From assembly GCA_951406725.2 (NCBI GenBank), contig OX597819.1, forward strand, positions 111,910,001 to 111,974,000: 64,000 nt of DNA. Direction: 5' to 3'. Source of the DNA: Octopus vulgaris. Lineage: Eukaryota. Made by a program: the position numbers and the translations under genes. Below are positions 12,990 to 28,170 of the stretch, one piece after another (position 1 is the stretch's first letter; every line of letters begins with the position of its first letter). The notes beneath the pieces were generated by a model. The model did not search any database and was not told the DNA's origin. It worked only from the letters and a program-made list of their open reading frames with translations.

Positions 12990-15330
12990 CGGCAAAAAAT
13001 TATGAATAACACCTCTAGGCCTTACTTCATGTAACGTTCGCACGCTGCTTGATCAGGAAGATCCAGATCAACCCCAGGGACGTACAACTTTCATTGGAAC
13101 TGAACTTGCCAAACAGAACACTGACATTGCGCTCCTAAGTGAGGCCAAGCGAGGAAGAGAGGGCGAACTAAGTGAATGAGGCATAAGACACAGTTCTTTG
13201 GAGTGAACACACAGTTGAGGAAAGAAGATACGAGGCTGGAACTGGCTTTGCTGGGAAAATTTTTTCTTGGAAAGCTGAATATTTCCCCACCTCTCTGAAA
13301 GGAGTGAACGATTGTCTAAAGATGAAGAGGCTTTGGCTTTCCAATGGGAAGAAGTTCGTGATCATTTTTAGATCTAATGACTCCGCCATGACTAACACGG
13401 ACGAGATGAAGGACAAGTATTACGAGGACATGAATACTCTGTTCCCAACGCGGATAAGCTCACCATTTTTAGTGACTAACGTGAAAGTTAGTTGCGATTG
13501 CACCGCTCGGGATGAAGTGGTTGGTGAGGAAAGTATAGAGTCTGCACTACAACAGCACCGGCTTACTACTCTTCCAAGCTTATATTCCACAGAATATAAC
13601 CTTCTGATGACAAACATCGTCTTCCATGTCCTACTCATAACAGGACGTCGTGAATACATCTTCGATTAAAGTATTGGCATCCCCTCGTCTATGTCAGAAA
13701 GAAAAGAAGAGATTAAAGATCGAAGACAAATTCTGCAACTATAAAACCCACCTCAATGACCTACTTCAATGGCCGCACCTATAAAACCTACCTCAATGTT
13801 AAAAAAAAGTCTTCGCAACACCATCCAACTGAAGCTGCGTCAGAGGCAGGACACATGACTGAGAAGATTCAAAGCCATGCTAACGGCAATGATATGAAAA
13901 AATTCTACAGCGGCCCGAAAGAAGTCTATGGTTCAAATCACTTCGGATTCATTCCCTCTGCTCTGAAGAGATGAGTTTCAGACAAAGAGAGGATTCTTGA
14001 AAGATGAGCTGAATATTTTGATAGTGTACTAACCAATCGCGCTTCCACCGTAGATGATGAAACCCATCGATTGGATCCCTCTAGTTGCGATTGGAGGAAT
14101 TACAAAAAGCTACACGGGTGCTATCCAGTGGCAAAGCACCTGACTAAGATTCCACCTCAGCTGAGATCTACAACGAAGGTGGATTAGCTCTGGTTCAGAA
14201 GCTTCACGAACTTCTTTAGCAATATAAGATTTTTCTTCGGCACTTTTCAGATGCATCCATCATTTAACTTTACCAATGTAGTGAAAAACCGTTATGTTTG
14301 TGACAACCATCGTAGAATTTCCCTAATTTCTAAAATTCTGGCCTGAATACTGCTCAGCTGCCTCATTGCGCACATTGAACAGAGTCTCCTTCCAGAGAGA
14401 CAATGTAGACTGAAAGAGCGAGGAGACAATAACATGGCGCTTCCTGAAAGAATGCTTCAAGAGGGATATCAGAAACAGAATGCTGACTCCATCCACGTCG
14501 ATCTAGGCTTCCGACTCGGTAAGTAGAAAAGACTTTGGGGACCTATCGCAAAGTATTCTTACACCAGAAAACTCATTACGATCGTACGACAGCTACACGA
14601 TGGAGTTCAAGGTAACGGAGAAACATTAAAACCATTCTGTCTCCAATGGAGACAGAATTGCAGTTACAATGATGTAACTGCAAGGTTACATCATTGCATC
14701 ATGCCCTGTTTAGTCTAAGGTTTCAACCATGTATTGGCATGGGTATCAGATACATTACCATCGTCTGGGTAACAGAAGCTGGCTGTCTTCAACCTCAAGT
14801 GGCTTCAAGTAAAACCATGTTTTGACAGACAACGTAAATGAGTTTCTATTTGCCTATGATTGTATCCTCAACACTACATTAAAGGCTGACATGCCTTTTT
14901 GTTGACAAATTCAATTCTCTTTTGTCTGTAACAATTTTATTCTGGTGATCTTTGCAAAGAAGCCTGAAGTGATGGATCAGCCAGCTCCAGAAAGGATATA
15001 CGTTGAACCCAAAAATGTCGTCACTGGCATCAACGGACACTAACTGAATGTAGTAGGCAAGTTCACCAACCCGGGAAGCATACTCTCCCAAACTGTTGTT
15101 GTTGATGATGAAGTGAATGCCAAACTCACCAAGGCCAGTGTTGAATTTGTCAGACTCCACAAGAATTTATGAAACAGCAGGATAGGCATCACTCTAGGGA
15201 CAAGGTACACCGGATCGTAGTTCTCACTACACTACTGTACGGCTGTGAAGTATAGGCGGTTTACAAACGGAATACAAAAAATCTGAACCACTTGTACACC
15301 ATCTGGTCCAGAAAAATCCTTGGCATTAAA
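12990..15330 (+). pseudogene. Decayed RTE/BovB-like LINE ORF (APE plus RT)
   Basis: TSCNVRTLLDQ...TELAKQNTDIALLSE, LKGVNDCLKMKRL...AMTNTDEMKDKYYED, KIQSHANGNDMKKFYSGPKEVYG and EFLFAYDC, with many stops and frameshifts. Confidence 0.9.
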
Positions 15331-15709
15331 CGTTTCACTGTGATTTGAGGAAAATTAACGTTTTGCTGTGAAGAGGGTTGCTAAGTAAACTACGTGGTTT
15401 CAGGTTCAATCCCACGAGGCGGCACTTCGAGTGAATGTTTTCTACCATATTTTTAGATCAGCTAAAATCTTATGAATGAAAATTAGTAGAGATTAACTAC
15501 TGCGTGGAGAGCTCATTGTTATTCTTGGATGTAGATTTAATCCATCATCCGATTTAGCATCCTCATGTGGACTTTGGGTGTCTTTAGTGAAGTCCACTTT
15601 GTTGTAACTTTTTTAGAGAAATGGGTGCCAATGTCAGGATAACTCCTTCCCTTCTTCCTGGCCCTCTTCTGGAGACCCTAAAAGAAGAATTAAGAACGCT
15701 ACTGTTCTT

Positions 15710-15927
15710 TTTATCTTTTAATTATTTCAGTCATTGGACTGCGGCCATGCTGGGACTCCACTTTGAAGTATTTTGTCAGACAAATCGACCTTGGTACATC
15801 TTTAAACTTGGTTCTTATTTCATCTGCTAAGTTACGGAGATGTCAAAAAACCAACACTGGGTATCAAGCGATGGTATGGGACAAACACAGACGCGCGTGG
15901 ACACCTACACACGCACGCATGCACGCG

Positions 15928-16000
<73 letters not shown>

Positions 16001-16152
16001 ACTTGCAATTGGCTTCCATATAGTTTCAGTCCGTTAAATTCGCCCCAGAAAGCTTTGTTCGGCCCTGAGCTATACTAAAAGACACTTTCCCATGAAGCCG
16101 AGTCGTGAGACCGAACCCAAAACCAAGTAGTTGCAATGCAAGTTTCTTAACC
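15710..16152 (-). mobile_element. Old SINE family A copy with internal (CA)n
   Basis: Diverged match to the family A tail, body and head. Confidence 0.75.
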
Positions 16153-16328
16153 AGACAGCCATACCTGCGACTACATCATAATATTTTCAATGGTCTCTAG
16201 GGACAGGGTATAGGCTCATTTAATTCAATATACAATGGTAAATTACTGGATTACAAAAGGCATGTGGTATGACTACAAAAGGCAGCTTTTCGCCTCGCTT
16301 CAGTCCTAAGGTTTTAAGTCAGTATTTA

Positions 16329-17410
16329 AGGCGGTGAAGGGCGAGCTGGCAGAAACGTTAGCACGCCGAGCGAAATGCGTGGCCGTATTTCGTCTGCCGT
16401 TACGTTATGAGTTCAAATTCCGCCGAGGTCGACTTTGCCTTTCATCCTTTCAGGGGTCGATAAATTAAGTACCAGTTACGCACTGGGGTCAATATAATCG
16501 ACTTAATCCCTTTGTCTGTCCCCTCTATGTTTAGTCCCTTGTGGGCAATAAAGAAATAAGAATCGTTAGCATGCCGGACGAAATGCTTAGTGGTATTTCA
16601 TCCGTCTTTACTGTCTGAGTTGAAATTCTGCGGAGATCGACTTTGTCTTTCATCCTTTCGGGGCTGATAAGACAAGTACCATTTGAGGACTGGGATCAAT
16701 ATAATTGACTTAAGCACCCCTCCCAAACCGCTGGCCTTGTGCCAAAATTTGAAACCATTTAAGACAGAATCGTTAGCACACCGGAGAAAATGCTTAGCAG
16801 CTTTTCGCCCGTCTTTACGTTATGAGTTCAAACTCCACCGAGGTTGACTTTGTCTTTCATCTTTTCGGGTTCGATGAAATCAGCACCAGTTGAGCACTGG
16901 TATCGATTTAATCGACTTACTCCCTCACCCGAACTTGTTGGCCTTGTGTCAAAATTTGAAATCAATATTTAAGGTGGTGAGCTGGCAGAATTGTTAGCAC
17001 ACCGAGCAAAATGCTCCGCAGCAGTGTCTTTACGATGTGCGTTCAAATTCCGCTGAGGTCGGCTTTGCATTTCATCCATTCAGGATCGATAAAATAGGTA
17101 CCAGTTGAGTATTGGGATCGACTTAATCGACTTACTTCCTCCCCCGATACTGCTGGCCTTGTGCCAAAATTTGAAACCAATATTTATTGCTGAAATAGGG
17201 TGATCGATTAACACATTCGTCAGAGCGTCGAAAAATGCCCGAGGTATAGGTTCTGGCTTATTATGTTCTAAGTTCAAATCTCACCCAGGCCAACTTTGCC
17301 TTTCGTCCCTATGGTGTCGAAGAAATAACGGACAAGTTAAATTCTGAGATCAATATAATCGACTAATCCCTACCCCAACCAATCGAAACTGATGAACTTG
17401 TGCCTAAATC
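16329..17410 (+). mobile_element. Tandem cluster of about 5 SINE family B units
   Basis: Repeated GAGTTCAAATTCCGCCGAGGTCGACTTTGCCTTTCATCCTTTCGGGGTCGATAAA...AAGTACCAG. Confidence 0.9.
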
Positions 17411-17793
17411 AGAAATTATCATTCATAGCTCTATACACTTCGAGATTCATTGTTAATAACATCTTATCTACATGTTTGTCAATGCTTCTAAATTTATGTT
17501 CTAATAGTAAACTAGACTATAGATTTAATACGTTTTATTGTTATTCATAGCCATGTATAATATGATACTTCATGTATAAACTGTCGAATAGTCAGTGGTA
17601 TTTGTCCTAAGATAAAATCCCTTATGGACATGCTGTGTTAAAAACACAATAAATACCAGACGAAGACGAAAATTCATCAGCCGACGAAACGTCAGGTGCA
17701 TTCCGGCCTATTTTGGTCCACTGATATTTATTGTATTTTCAGACAGCACATCCATAAGAGACGTTATCTCAATTACAAATGCTTCAGTAATTT

Positions 17794-17854
<61 letters not shown>

Positions 17855-17856
<2 letters not shown>

Positions 17857-18369
17857 ATTCAGATGAATATGGTACTTAAGTTAAAGGCACCAGAATTTAG
17901 TACGGTATTATCCATACAATTCAAAATGGAGTGATTATAATCAAAATAAGCAACAAGGATATCCAGAGGTAATGCAGTACGATCGTTTCATGAGACTCCA
18001 TTTAATTGAACAATGCAGACATTACATCACTTTAAAATGTAGAGCAATCTTCACCTGCATAAAAATATAGAATTTAGTTAAATTCGAAGGACTCATTTGT
18101 ATAATTTTCTTTTTATCCAAAATCAATAAGGGGATAAGTAGATAGACAAAGAATATATTTGTCTATCTGCTTATCCTCTTATTGATTTTGGATAAAAAAA
18201 ATTATACAAATGAGTCCTTCGAATTTAACTAAATTCTATATTTTTATGCAGGTGAAGATTGCTCTACATTTTAAAGTGATGTAATGTCTGCATTGTTCAA
18301 TTAAATGGAGTCGCATGAAACGATCGTACTGCATTACCTCTGGATATCCTTGTTTCTTATTTTGATTAT
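17855..18369. mobile_element. Fold-back PLE-like element, family P1, in (TA)n
   Basis: Arms 17937-18150 and 18158-18369, 7-nt spacer, about 80-bp one-sided extension. Each arm has a hammerhead-like core. Confidence 0.85.
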
Positions 18370-18385
18370 TATATATATATATATA

Positions 18386-18802
18386 CAGTTATCAGTAGCA
18401 ATAAAGGGTGAAATTAATTAATTTGGAATAATTATCAATTACACCAAGTAGATTTCGGCATGTAAAAGCCCCATTCGAGGAAAATTTAAGTAATACTAAG
18501 TAATTAAGGGTTTAGCAACGAATTGCCTCACCAACACACCGAATTTAGAAATAGCAGTCAAAGAGATATAGCTATTCCTTCTACTAAAAGGGGGATCTCA
18601 GTAAAAACACAGCACTTGAAAGGCAAACACAGACAGGTAAGAAAGAAAGAATGAAATGAAGTTTGGGTAAGGTAGAATTTTCTAATTCTTATGCTTTCCT
18701 AAAACTTGATTTCGAAACGTACGTCCGTAGGTAACTTAAAATTGCCTTTCAAGTGCTGTGTTTTACTGAGATCCCCTTTAGTAGAAGGAATATATTCTTT
18801 GA
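18386..18802. mobile_element. Fold-back PLE-like element, family P3, in (TA)n
   Basis: Inverted repeat at about 18573-18626 and 18742-18792, GAAAC-GTAC-GTC at 18714-18725, and a left-side extension. Confidence 0.65.
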
Positions 18803-18806
18803 TATA

Positions 18807-18890
<84 letters not shown>

Positions 18891-20046
18891 TAAGCATGAT
18901 ACATAGATAACTATTTTGAATTAATACTGCCTCAATTGCATATGACGGATTTTTATTCAGCCGAGGGGTTATTTGCAACATCAGTGAATATTTCATTCAC
19001 TTCTTCCTATATAAGAGACGACGAATTCTCGTCCGAACATACGGCTCGTTGTGAGTGCACGCTATTGAAAAAAGCCCAAAATGACCGAAATACATCTGAC
19101 GATGTCGCGACAGTTGTCGAGACGAATCCCGCCCTATCTTATATTTATTGTCCTCTAGACACCACCTCTATAAAAGATGTTATCGCAGTGACCAGAGCAT
19201 TGACAGTGCGTATGCACTGAATATGATACAAAGATTACTATTTTAATTTAAATCAGCTCCAAAGTCTTATAGTGACGTTGTTATTTCCATACCACTTCAT
19301 TTTCTTTTCTTTTCTTATTTTTTTGTCATTTTTCACCCATGAATCAAAAGTAACAAATAATAGTTATTAAAACGTAAAACTTTACCTTGAAGCTATCATT
19401 TTAAAAAATATGTCGGCCAATGTCATTTTGACATGCGCACTACTTAGTATTATTAAATTGGATTTCTAACAAACTATTACTTTATTTCTTAGCTGACAGC
19501 CTGGTGTCATCCTTCGCTTGTTTGTTTTCATTTTTATTTTTAAAATTATTACTGTTGTTGTTATTATTGTTGTTGTCGTTGTTGCTGCTGCTGCTTAGCT
19601 CCAGGCAAATTCTCAGTGAACAGGCCTATCATTAAAGACATCCCGACGGTGGCCATTCGCTCTTTATTTCAAGTAATACATATAACAGTATATCATCCGA
19701 GATAACGGCTCAAATATTTTTACGATGACAAGGTATTACCTGAGTCAGATTTGACTACTATTTCTAGCAGAATAGATTACCACATAGGGGTTCACTCCTT
19801 GGCCTGCTGCTGCTGCTGCTCTTGTTGTTGTTGTTGTATCTATTGTTCGTCTTAGCATTGTTAACCAAACAACAACCGGTTCCAGCGATATTGTCTTTGT
19901 TAATTTTTATTTTATATTTTTTTTACTTTTTCATATATTTATTTGTTTGTCTTATCTGTCTTCATATTAATAATAGAATAATGGGAGGCCGTATGTTTCT
20001 CTCAGATCATTGATACACACATACACACACACACACACACACACAT

Positions 20047-20077
<31 letters not shown>

Positions 20078-20195
20078 CACATACATACATATACGAACGC
20101 CCACACAAACACATACGCATACATATGTATGTATATCATGAGATTCATATGTGTGTATGTGTGTTTATGTGTGTACGTATATAGATAGATAGATT

Positions 20196-20269
<74 letters not shown>

Positions 20270-20737
20270 TACATAGATAGATAAACAGACAGACAGATAC
20301 ATAGATAGATAGATAGACAGACAGACAGATACATGGATAGACATACAGACAGACGGATGGATAGATACATAGACATATATTCATATACATGTATATATAA
20401 ATCTCTCTTTATATATATAATTCTATATACATACATTATATATATAAATACATACATGCATACATACATACATACATACATACATACATACATACATACA
20501 TACATACACGCATACACGTGTGTGTGAGTGTGTGTGTGTGTGTGCGTGTGTGTGTGTGCAGGTACAGTAAGTATGTAAGAGGTATGTGTGCATGTTTTAT
20601 AAGTTTGTATGCAAGCTTGAGATATGTACGTCGGCAGGGTCTCATTAAATAGCTAAGCCTTCACACACGTACACACATGTTTGTGTTTGCTTCAATATTT
20701 CTCTATCTGCGCACGCACACGCACACACACACACACA

Positions 20738-20796
<59 letters not shown>

Positions 20797-20888
20797 ATTT
20801 TCTATTTATCTCCATCTACCTCTATGCATACTTGAATATAAGCATGTACACACAGTTATTTATACATATACATACATACATATATGTG

Positions 20889-20951
<63 letters not shown>

Positions 20952-21072
20952 GCGTGTGTGTGTGGAGAGAGAGACACAGACAGACAGAAATAGAGAGATT
21001 TAGATATAAGCACACACTATATAAAAATTTATAGATTGTGTGTGTGTGTACATGTCCACACTTGATGGATGA

Positions 21073-21233
<161 letters not shown>

Positions 21234-21266
21234 CAGATACATAGATAGATAGACAGACAGACAGAC

Positions 21267-21351
<85 letters not shown>

Positions 21352-21479
21352 CAGAGGTTGTTCAATAAGTAACTATATAAAACACATGAATGACCTCGTC
21401 AATAAGGCTTCGCACTTGGGTCAGTAGTTAGTACAGTTCGTATGTTTAGTACCGGGATGTAGTCAATGGTTTACATACT

Positions 21480-21965
21480 GATGATGATATTTCACGCTTT
21501 CCGAGCCATGGCGCTGACCTTAGCATGTTCGAGGTTGGGGTGTTGTGACTTCAGGTCTTCCTCAATCTGTTTCACCCAAGTCTTCTTTGATGCCCTGCGC
21601 TGGTTTCTCCAGTTTGTGGGTCGCTGCCGTCACACAAAGTTGGTGTAGAAGTCTTCCGGTGCTCATCCTGCAGACGTGACCAAACCGCTGTAAACCTGCA
21701 CTGCCGGACTTGGTCTTCATTGGTCAGCAGCTGCTGGCTTTGTTCTCGGATGTTGTCGTTTGAGATCTGGTCGCGTAGAGAGACAGCAAAGATCTTACGA
21801 AGACATCGCATTTGGAAAAATTTCGAGCTTGTTCAGGCCTTGTTTGAGGAAGGTCCAGGTCTTAGCACTGAAGAAGAGGACAAGCAGGACCAGCGTGTGA
21901 AAAAGTCGGTTCTTGGTCCTTACAGAGATGTTGGCCTTCTTCCAGACACACCATCGAAGGGATGC
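21480..21965 (-). pseudogene. RTE-clade LINE 3' fragment
   Basis: MRCLRKIFAVSLRDQISNDNIR...RPTNWRNQRRASKKTWVKQIEEDL. Confidence 0.8.
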
Positions 21966-22468
21966 TACTTTATAATAACCAGATAGCGAAATTTTTAAAT
22001 ATAATATATCTGAGAAAATAGGACGGGCACGACTGGAGCGCTTGATTACAACTCACTAAAAGGTAAACAATTCACGCAACAACAGCATCATAAATGAATT
22101 GACCTCGACCTTGTGGCCATCTTTCTCACCATAAACCGTCTTGTGAACTTTAAAGACCAACTTACCAGAAGCCTGAGAAACTTCGAAAGACACTCGGCAT
22201 CATTAGCCTTATTAACAGCCTAATTATCAAACTTTAATTACTGTGATTTACGGCTCACCCAGTAATGAGCACAGCTTCTCACCAAGCAACACTCATTCCA
22301 GGAGGGCGTTTTTTTAATCTTTTTTTTTTATTTATATATGTATTATTTATTTATTCATTGTGGCTTTGTGATACTAGTATCCTAGCTACAGTATACACAC
22401 TTATATACACGCATACACGTAATGTATACATGTGTATGCATACCTATGTATTCACATATAAGTATATG

Positions 22469-22525
<57 letters not shown>

Positions 22526-22811
22526 ACACACATACACGTACATATATACTTACGTGAAGAAGAATATGTATTAACATATGTATAAAATCATATGGGCATA
22601 TATTATATAACAAAATATATGTCAGTGAGTGTGTCAATGCCAAAATGCATGCGCGTGTGTGTGTGTATGTGGTTCGATAGATTTGAAAGGCTAGAGGATA
22701 TGAATGCTGGCTGACCGCTTGCCTCCATTAAATATTCATATGTCTGCCACGTAACATCTCCGTCTGTTTTATAGAAAGGTTTAGTAATGTGCTTGTGCGT
22801 GTATTTGCGTG

Positions 22812-22872
<61 letters not shown>

Positions 22873-22990
22873 GTATATGCGTGTGTGTGCGTTCGCACAC
22901 GTGTGTGTATTCATGTATATGTATGTATGTATATATATATATATATGTGTGTGTGTGTATGCGTGTGTATGTATATATATATATATGCAG

Positions 22991-23021
<31 letters not shown>

Positions 23022-23492
23022 TAGGTATGCATGTATATATGTATGTATATATATGTATATATATATATATGTATGTGTGTGTATGTATATATATGTATGC
23101 ATATATATATGCATATATATATGTTGTATATATCTGTATGTGTATGTATATATCTATGTGTGTGTATATGCATATATATAGAGAGAGAGAAAGAGAGAGA
23201 TATAAATATATGTGTGTGTGTGTGTGTGCGCGCGCGCGCGCGTGTGTGTGTGCGAGCGTGTTGCGTGAGTCTGAGGTTGCGTATTGATATCTGCACACAC
23301 ATATATTCGTATGCATCTATGCATGCATGGGTGTGCGAGAGACAGTGTGTGTGCGTGCATGTATTGGTCTGTACTGAACGTACCGGAGATAAATGGACAC
23401 TGAACATGGCAAAACTAGTTCAACAAGATGGCTGCCTAGCTTGGGACGGGAGTCGGCTGTCATTTTAACGGGCACTGATTTCTCTAACATTT

Positions 23493-23719
23493 TTCTTCTT
23501 CTTCTTCTTCTTCTTCTTCTTCTTCTTCTTCTTCTTCGCCTTATTTTTATTTTATTTTTTTCTTTCTTCATCGTCATCACTGTCATCATTCATCATCATC
23601 ATCATCATCATAATTGCCAACACCACTGCCGCAATCATGACCAGCAACACAGCCATCCTCCTCATCATCATCCTCCTCCCCATCATCATCGTCATCATCA
23701 TCATCATCACCACCACCAT

Positions 23720-23765
<46 letters not shown>

Positions 23766-23935
23766 TTCATCATCATTATCACCACCATAATCATCATCAT
23801 TATCATCTTCATCATCATTATCACCACCATAATCATCTTCATCATCATCATCACCAACATCATCATCAGCTGTAGCAACATTAACCTCATACTCAACATC
23901 AACATTCTCAGAGCACTAACAATCACCACTACTAC

Positions 23936-24031
<96 letters not shown>

Positions 24032-24330
24032 CTACTACTACTACTATCAACCTCACCGTCACAGATATTTTTTAATCATCTTCATCGCCATCATCACGAC
24101 GACGACCACCGCTACCACCACTACCGACCATTACCACCACTAGCACCACCAACACTTCTGACACCACCTCTGTCGACATTATCACCATCACCACCAGCAC
24201 CGGCCTCATCACCATCATCATCATCACCGGCATCACCATCATCACCACCACCATCCCCAGCCCCTGCCATTACCACTTCCATCACCACCACTAACATCAT
24301 CATCATCATCATCATTACCACTACCATCTC
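23493..24330. repeat. Compound triplet microsatellite (CTT, CAT, GCT, ACT, CAC)
   Basis: Directly visible. Confidence 0.95.
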
Positions 24331-24965
24331 AGCCATCAGCACTGCCTTGCACAAATGGTGTCACAGTCCTTTCTACTTAATCTTCTTCGCACCCAATCTT
24401 TCTTCGCACGCAACTTCAGCCATAACACTTGCTCGGCTTACGCTGTCTAAATGTGGATGGACCTTGACAACATAATTGAAGATTGGAGTATTGCAACATT
24501 GCTTCCTTCAAAAGTGCAAAGAAGTCGCATTCGATACACACTTAATGCAAGGAAACAGTCTTGTATCTCCCCCAATATTCTAGTCGTGCATCTCTCCACC
24601 CTGGCTTGCTACCATACAATTTAAAGCTTCCAAGTTGCTACAAATAATGAAGCTCTCAATTTCTCATGATCTCCCTTAGCAACCCAATACATACATACAT
24701 ACATACATACATACATACATACATACATACATACATACATGCATGCATACATACATACATACATACATACATACATACATACATACATACATACATGCAT
24801 GCATACATACATACATACATACATACATACATACATACATACATACATACATACATACATACATACATGCATACATACATGCATGCATGCATACATGCAT
24901 ACATATATACATACATACATACATACATACATCACAACTTTCAGATTTTGAGTCACTCTGCTCTC

Positions 24966-25192
24966 CTTTACTCTTTTACTCTTTTACTTGTTTCAGTCAT
25001 TTGATCGCGGCCATGTTGAAGCACCGCTTTTAGTCGTGCAAATCAACTCCAGGACTTATTCTTTGTAAGCCTAGTACTTATTCTATCGGTCTCTTTTGAC
25101 GAAACGCTAAATTAAGGGGGACATAAACACACCACCATCGGTTGTCAAGCGATGTTGGGGCACACACACAGACACACAAACATATACACACC

Positions 25193-25238
<46 letters not shown>

Positions 25239-25424
25239 AACATATATACACAGACACATATATATATACATATATACGATGGGCTTCTTTCAGTTTCCGT
25301 CTACCAAATCCACTCACAAGGCTTTGGTCGGCCCGAGGCTATAGTAGAAGACACTTGCCCAAGGTGCCACACAGTGGGACTGAACCCGGAACATGTGGTT
25401 GGTAAGGAAGCTAACACCCACTCC

Positions 25425-25425
<1 letters not shown>
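24966..25425 (-). mobile_element. SINE family A
   Basis: (TACTCTTT)n tail, body with central (TA)/(CA) tract, and tRNA-like head. Confidence 0.9.
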
Positions 25426-25462
<37 letters not shown>

Positions 25463-25469
25463 TGCGTGC

Positions 25470-25502
<33 letters not shown>

Positions 25503-25504
<2 letters not shown>

Positions 25505-26130
25505 AATTGAGATAGGGGTTGTAAATGCAACCCTCCATGGGATAACATATATCCAATATACTGCTAGTGAAGTACCCAACAAAGTTAATACATAAATGTT
25601 AATGATTGCGATGCAATCAATTCATTTACTGTATTATATGGGCAAAGGTAAAATGATTTACCACAAATTACTAATACAAGATAAGAAAATGGAGAAATAC
25701 ATCTAAATCAAATATCAATTACCAGATAATACTCAATCACATACTTTATTAAACCACCACATAAGAGACTGTAGGGTTAAATATAAAAAGCAGAACAAAT
25801 CAGTGTACATAAAGGAATGTACATAAAAGAGTAATGTTGTATAATAAGTAGAATATATATAAAAGAGAATATAAATATAAGTAAATATAAATATACTTAT
25901 ATTTATATTTACTTATATTTATATTCTCTTTTATATATATTCTACTTATTATACAACATTACTCTTTTATGTACACTTTTTTATGTACACTTTTTTATGT
26001 ACACTGATTTGTTCTGCTTTTTATATTTAACCCTACAGTCTCTTATGTGGTGGTTTAATAAAGTATGTGATTGAGTATTATCTGGTAATTGATATTTGAT
26101 TTAGATGTATTTTTCCATTTTCTTATCTTG

Positions 26131-26133
<3 letters not shown>
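25503..26133. mobile_element. Fold-back PLE-like element, family P2 (short), in (TA)n
   Basis: Arms 25674-25895 and 25898-26133 with a 2-nt spacer. The 171-bp extension is homologous to 48122-48286. Confidence 0.9.
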
Positions 26134-26161
<28 letters not shown>

Positions 26162-26705
26162 TGAGCTTTGATGTTAGGGCCAGAATAACAAGACTCCAAG
26201 ATACAAAAGATTCGCAAATAATCATGTCAAGTTTACATTCCCATCATCAGCTGCCCAACAGATATCACTATGGTTTCGACACATGGACAGTACTATTAAA
26301 TCTGGCGACGTCAACTGCGCTAAAGACATAAACGCTGACTGGGAATCAATAAACAAACAACCAGAAGCAGATCATTAACGTGGCATGCTTATTATGCCGA
26401 CATCTGCTCATTATTAAAATAACTACATCGAACATAAAATCGTATTAACTTCTCGCCACAAAGCTAGAAATTAAAACACCGTATCGACAAAAAATATTTG
26501 CTATACCTACTTCTGTTAAGGGTTACTACTTCTCCCGTTCGTCCTTAATAACGATAACAACAGCCTGTCCATTTACAGTGATTTCTTTGCCCGTGGTGAT
26601 TGGTTCACAAAGTGTTAATCTACCGAATTATGTTAGGAAGAAAAATACCACTTGCACAATGTATTGCATAGTGGAGAGATCGAACTCAGATCCACATAGT
26701 TCTCT

Positions 26706-26915
26706 TTACTCTTTACTCTTTTACTTGTTTCAGTCATTTGATTGCAGCCATGCTGGAGCACCGCCTTTAGTCGAGCAAATCGACCCCGGGACTTATTCTT
26801 TGTAAGCCCAGTACTTATTCTATCGGTCTCTTTTGCCGAACCGCTAAATTAAGGGACGTAAACACACCAGCATCGGTTGTCAAGCAATGCTAGGGGGACA
26901 AACACAGACACACAA

Positions 26916-26954
<39 letters not shown>

Positions 26955-27116
26955 CGACGGGCTTCTTTCAGTTTCCGTCTGCCAAATCCACTCACAAGGC
27001 ATTGGTCGGCCCGGGGCTATAGCAGAAGACATTTGCCCAAGATGCCACGCAGTGGGACTGAACCCGGAACCATGTGGTTGGTAACCAAGCTACTTACCAC
27101 AGCCATTCCTGCGCCT
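26706..27116 (-). mobile_element. SINE family A, full length
   Basis: Same structure as 33134-33528. Confidence 0.92.
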
Positions 27117-27639
27117 AAAACTAACTTCTTTAAAACACAACCATACATGTATCCATTAGTAGGTATACTGTTATCTTAAGAGGGAAACTATTTTTATGGC
27201 ATAACTTCATTGAAATGTAATATTCTAATCGCCTCTCAACTGTATTAAATCACCTCGTGACGTTTTCTTTAATTTAATTAATCTGTAGCATAGTCATTTT
27301 CTTTTCGCAGCACAAAGAATGGAAAACAATGTAGGAATTATTTATGGCGTGTGTCACTGCTATGCAAGAGTGTGGTGACATATAAGCCCAGGAGCAAATT
27401 TTCATGTGTGCACGTGTAGTGTACATATATATATATATTCTTTTATTCTTCTACTTCTTTCAGTAAAGGAGTACCGCCTTTAGTTGAACAAATCGACCCC
27501 ACGACATATTCTTTGTAAACCTAGTACTTATTCTATCGGTATCTTTTGCCGAAGCGCTAAGTTACGGGGACGTAAACACAACAACATCGGTTGCAAGCTA
27601 TGGTGGGGAGACAAGCAGAGACACACAAATACAGACATA

Positions 27640-27709
<70 letters not shown>

Positions 27710-27713
<4 letters not shown>

Positions 27714-28170
27714 TGTCCGGAAAGTTCGTGCTGATTTATAGCAGCTTACCTTTCGACTTATTTTAGAACATGGTTGAGTCCATAAAATAGGATTTGACTA
27801 CACCTCCGTTTAGAGTATAGCTTAAGCTATCATTTCATGGAAGAAGATTTATATTCCTATAACCTGTGTTAATTCTGTAAACCTTTAAGATGGAAGATAA
27901 GAAAGTACATTTTCGGCACTTGATGCTTTGGGAACCAGACAAAAATTGCTGCAGCTCAGCTGGGATGTGTTACCCCACCCTCTATGTTCACCAGATATTG
28001 CTCCTTCGGATTTCCACTTATTCAGGTCTCTGCAGAATAGTCTTAATGGTAAAAATTTCAATTCTTTAGAGACGTAAAAAGATACCTTGATGAATTCTTT
28101 GTCATCAAACCACCCCAATTCTGGGAAGAAGGTATTTTCAGGTTAAAGGAAAGATGGAAACGCATTGGAG
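27710..28170 (+). pseudogene. Internally deleted mariner element adjoining (TA)n
   Basis: MEDKKVHFRHLML is joined to TRQKLLQLSWDVLPHPLCSPDIAPSDFHLFRSLQNSLNGKNF...FWEEGIFRLKERWKR, containing the YSPDLAPSD motif. Confidence 0.9.

Noticed and set aside
24350-24690. Possible host exon in a non-repetitive island
   Set aside because: No recognisable protein similarity, frames are interrupted by stops, and there is no clear splice context.
25079-25405. Recurring ORFs such as RWASFSFRLPNPLTR or DGLLSVSVYQIHSQG as a gene family
   Set aside because: They are antisense translations of SINE family A.
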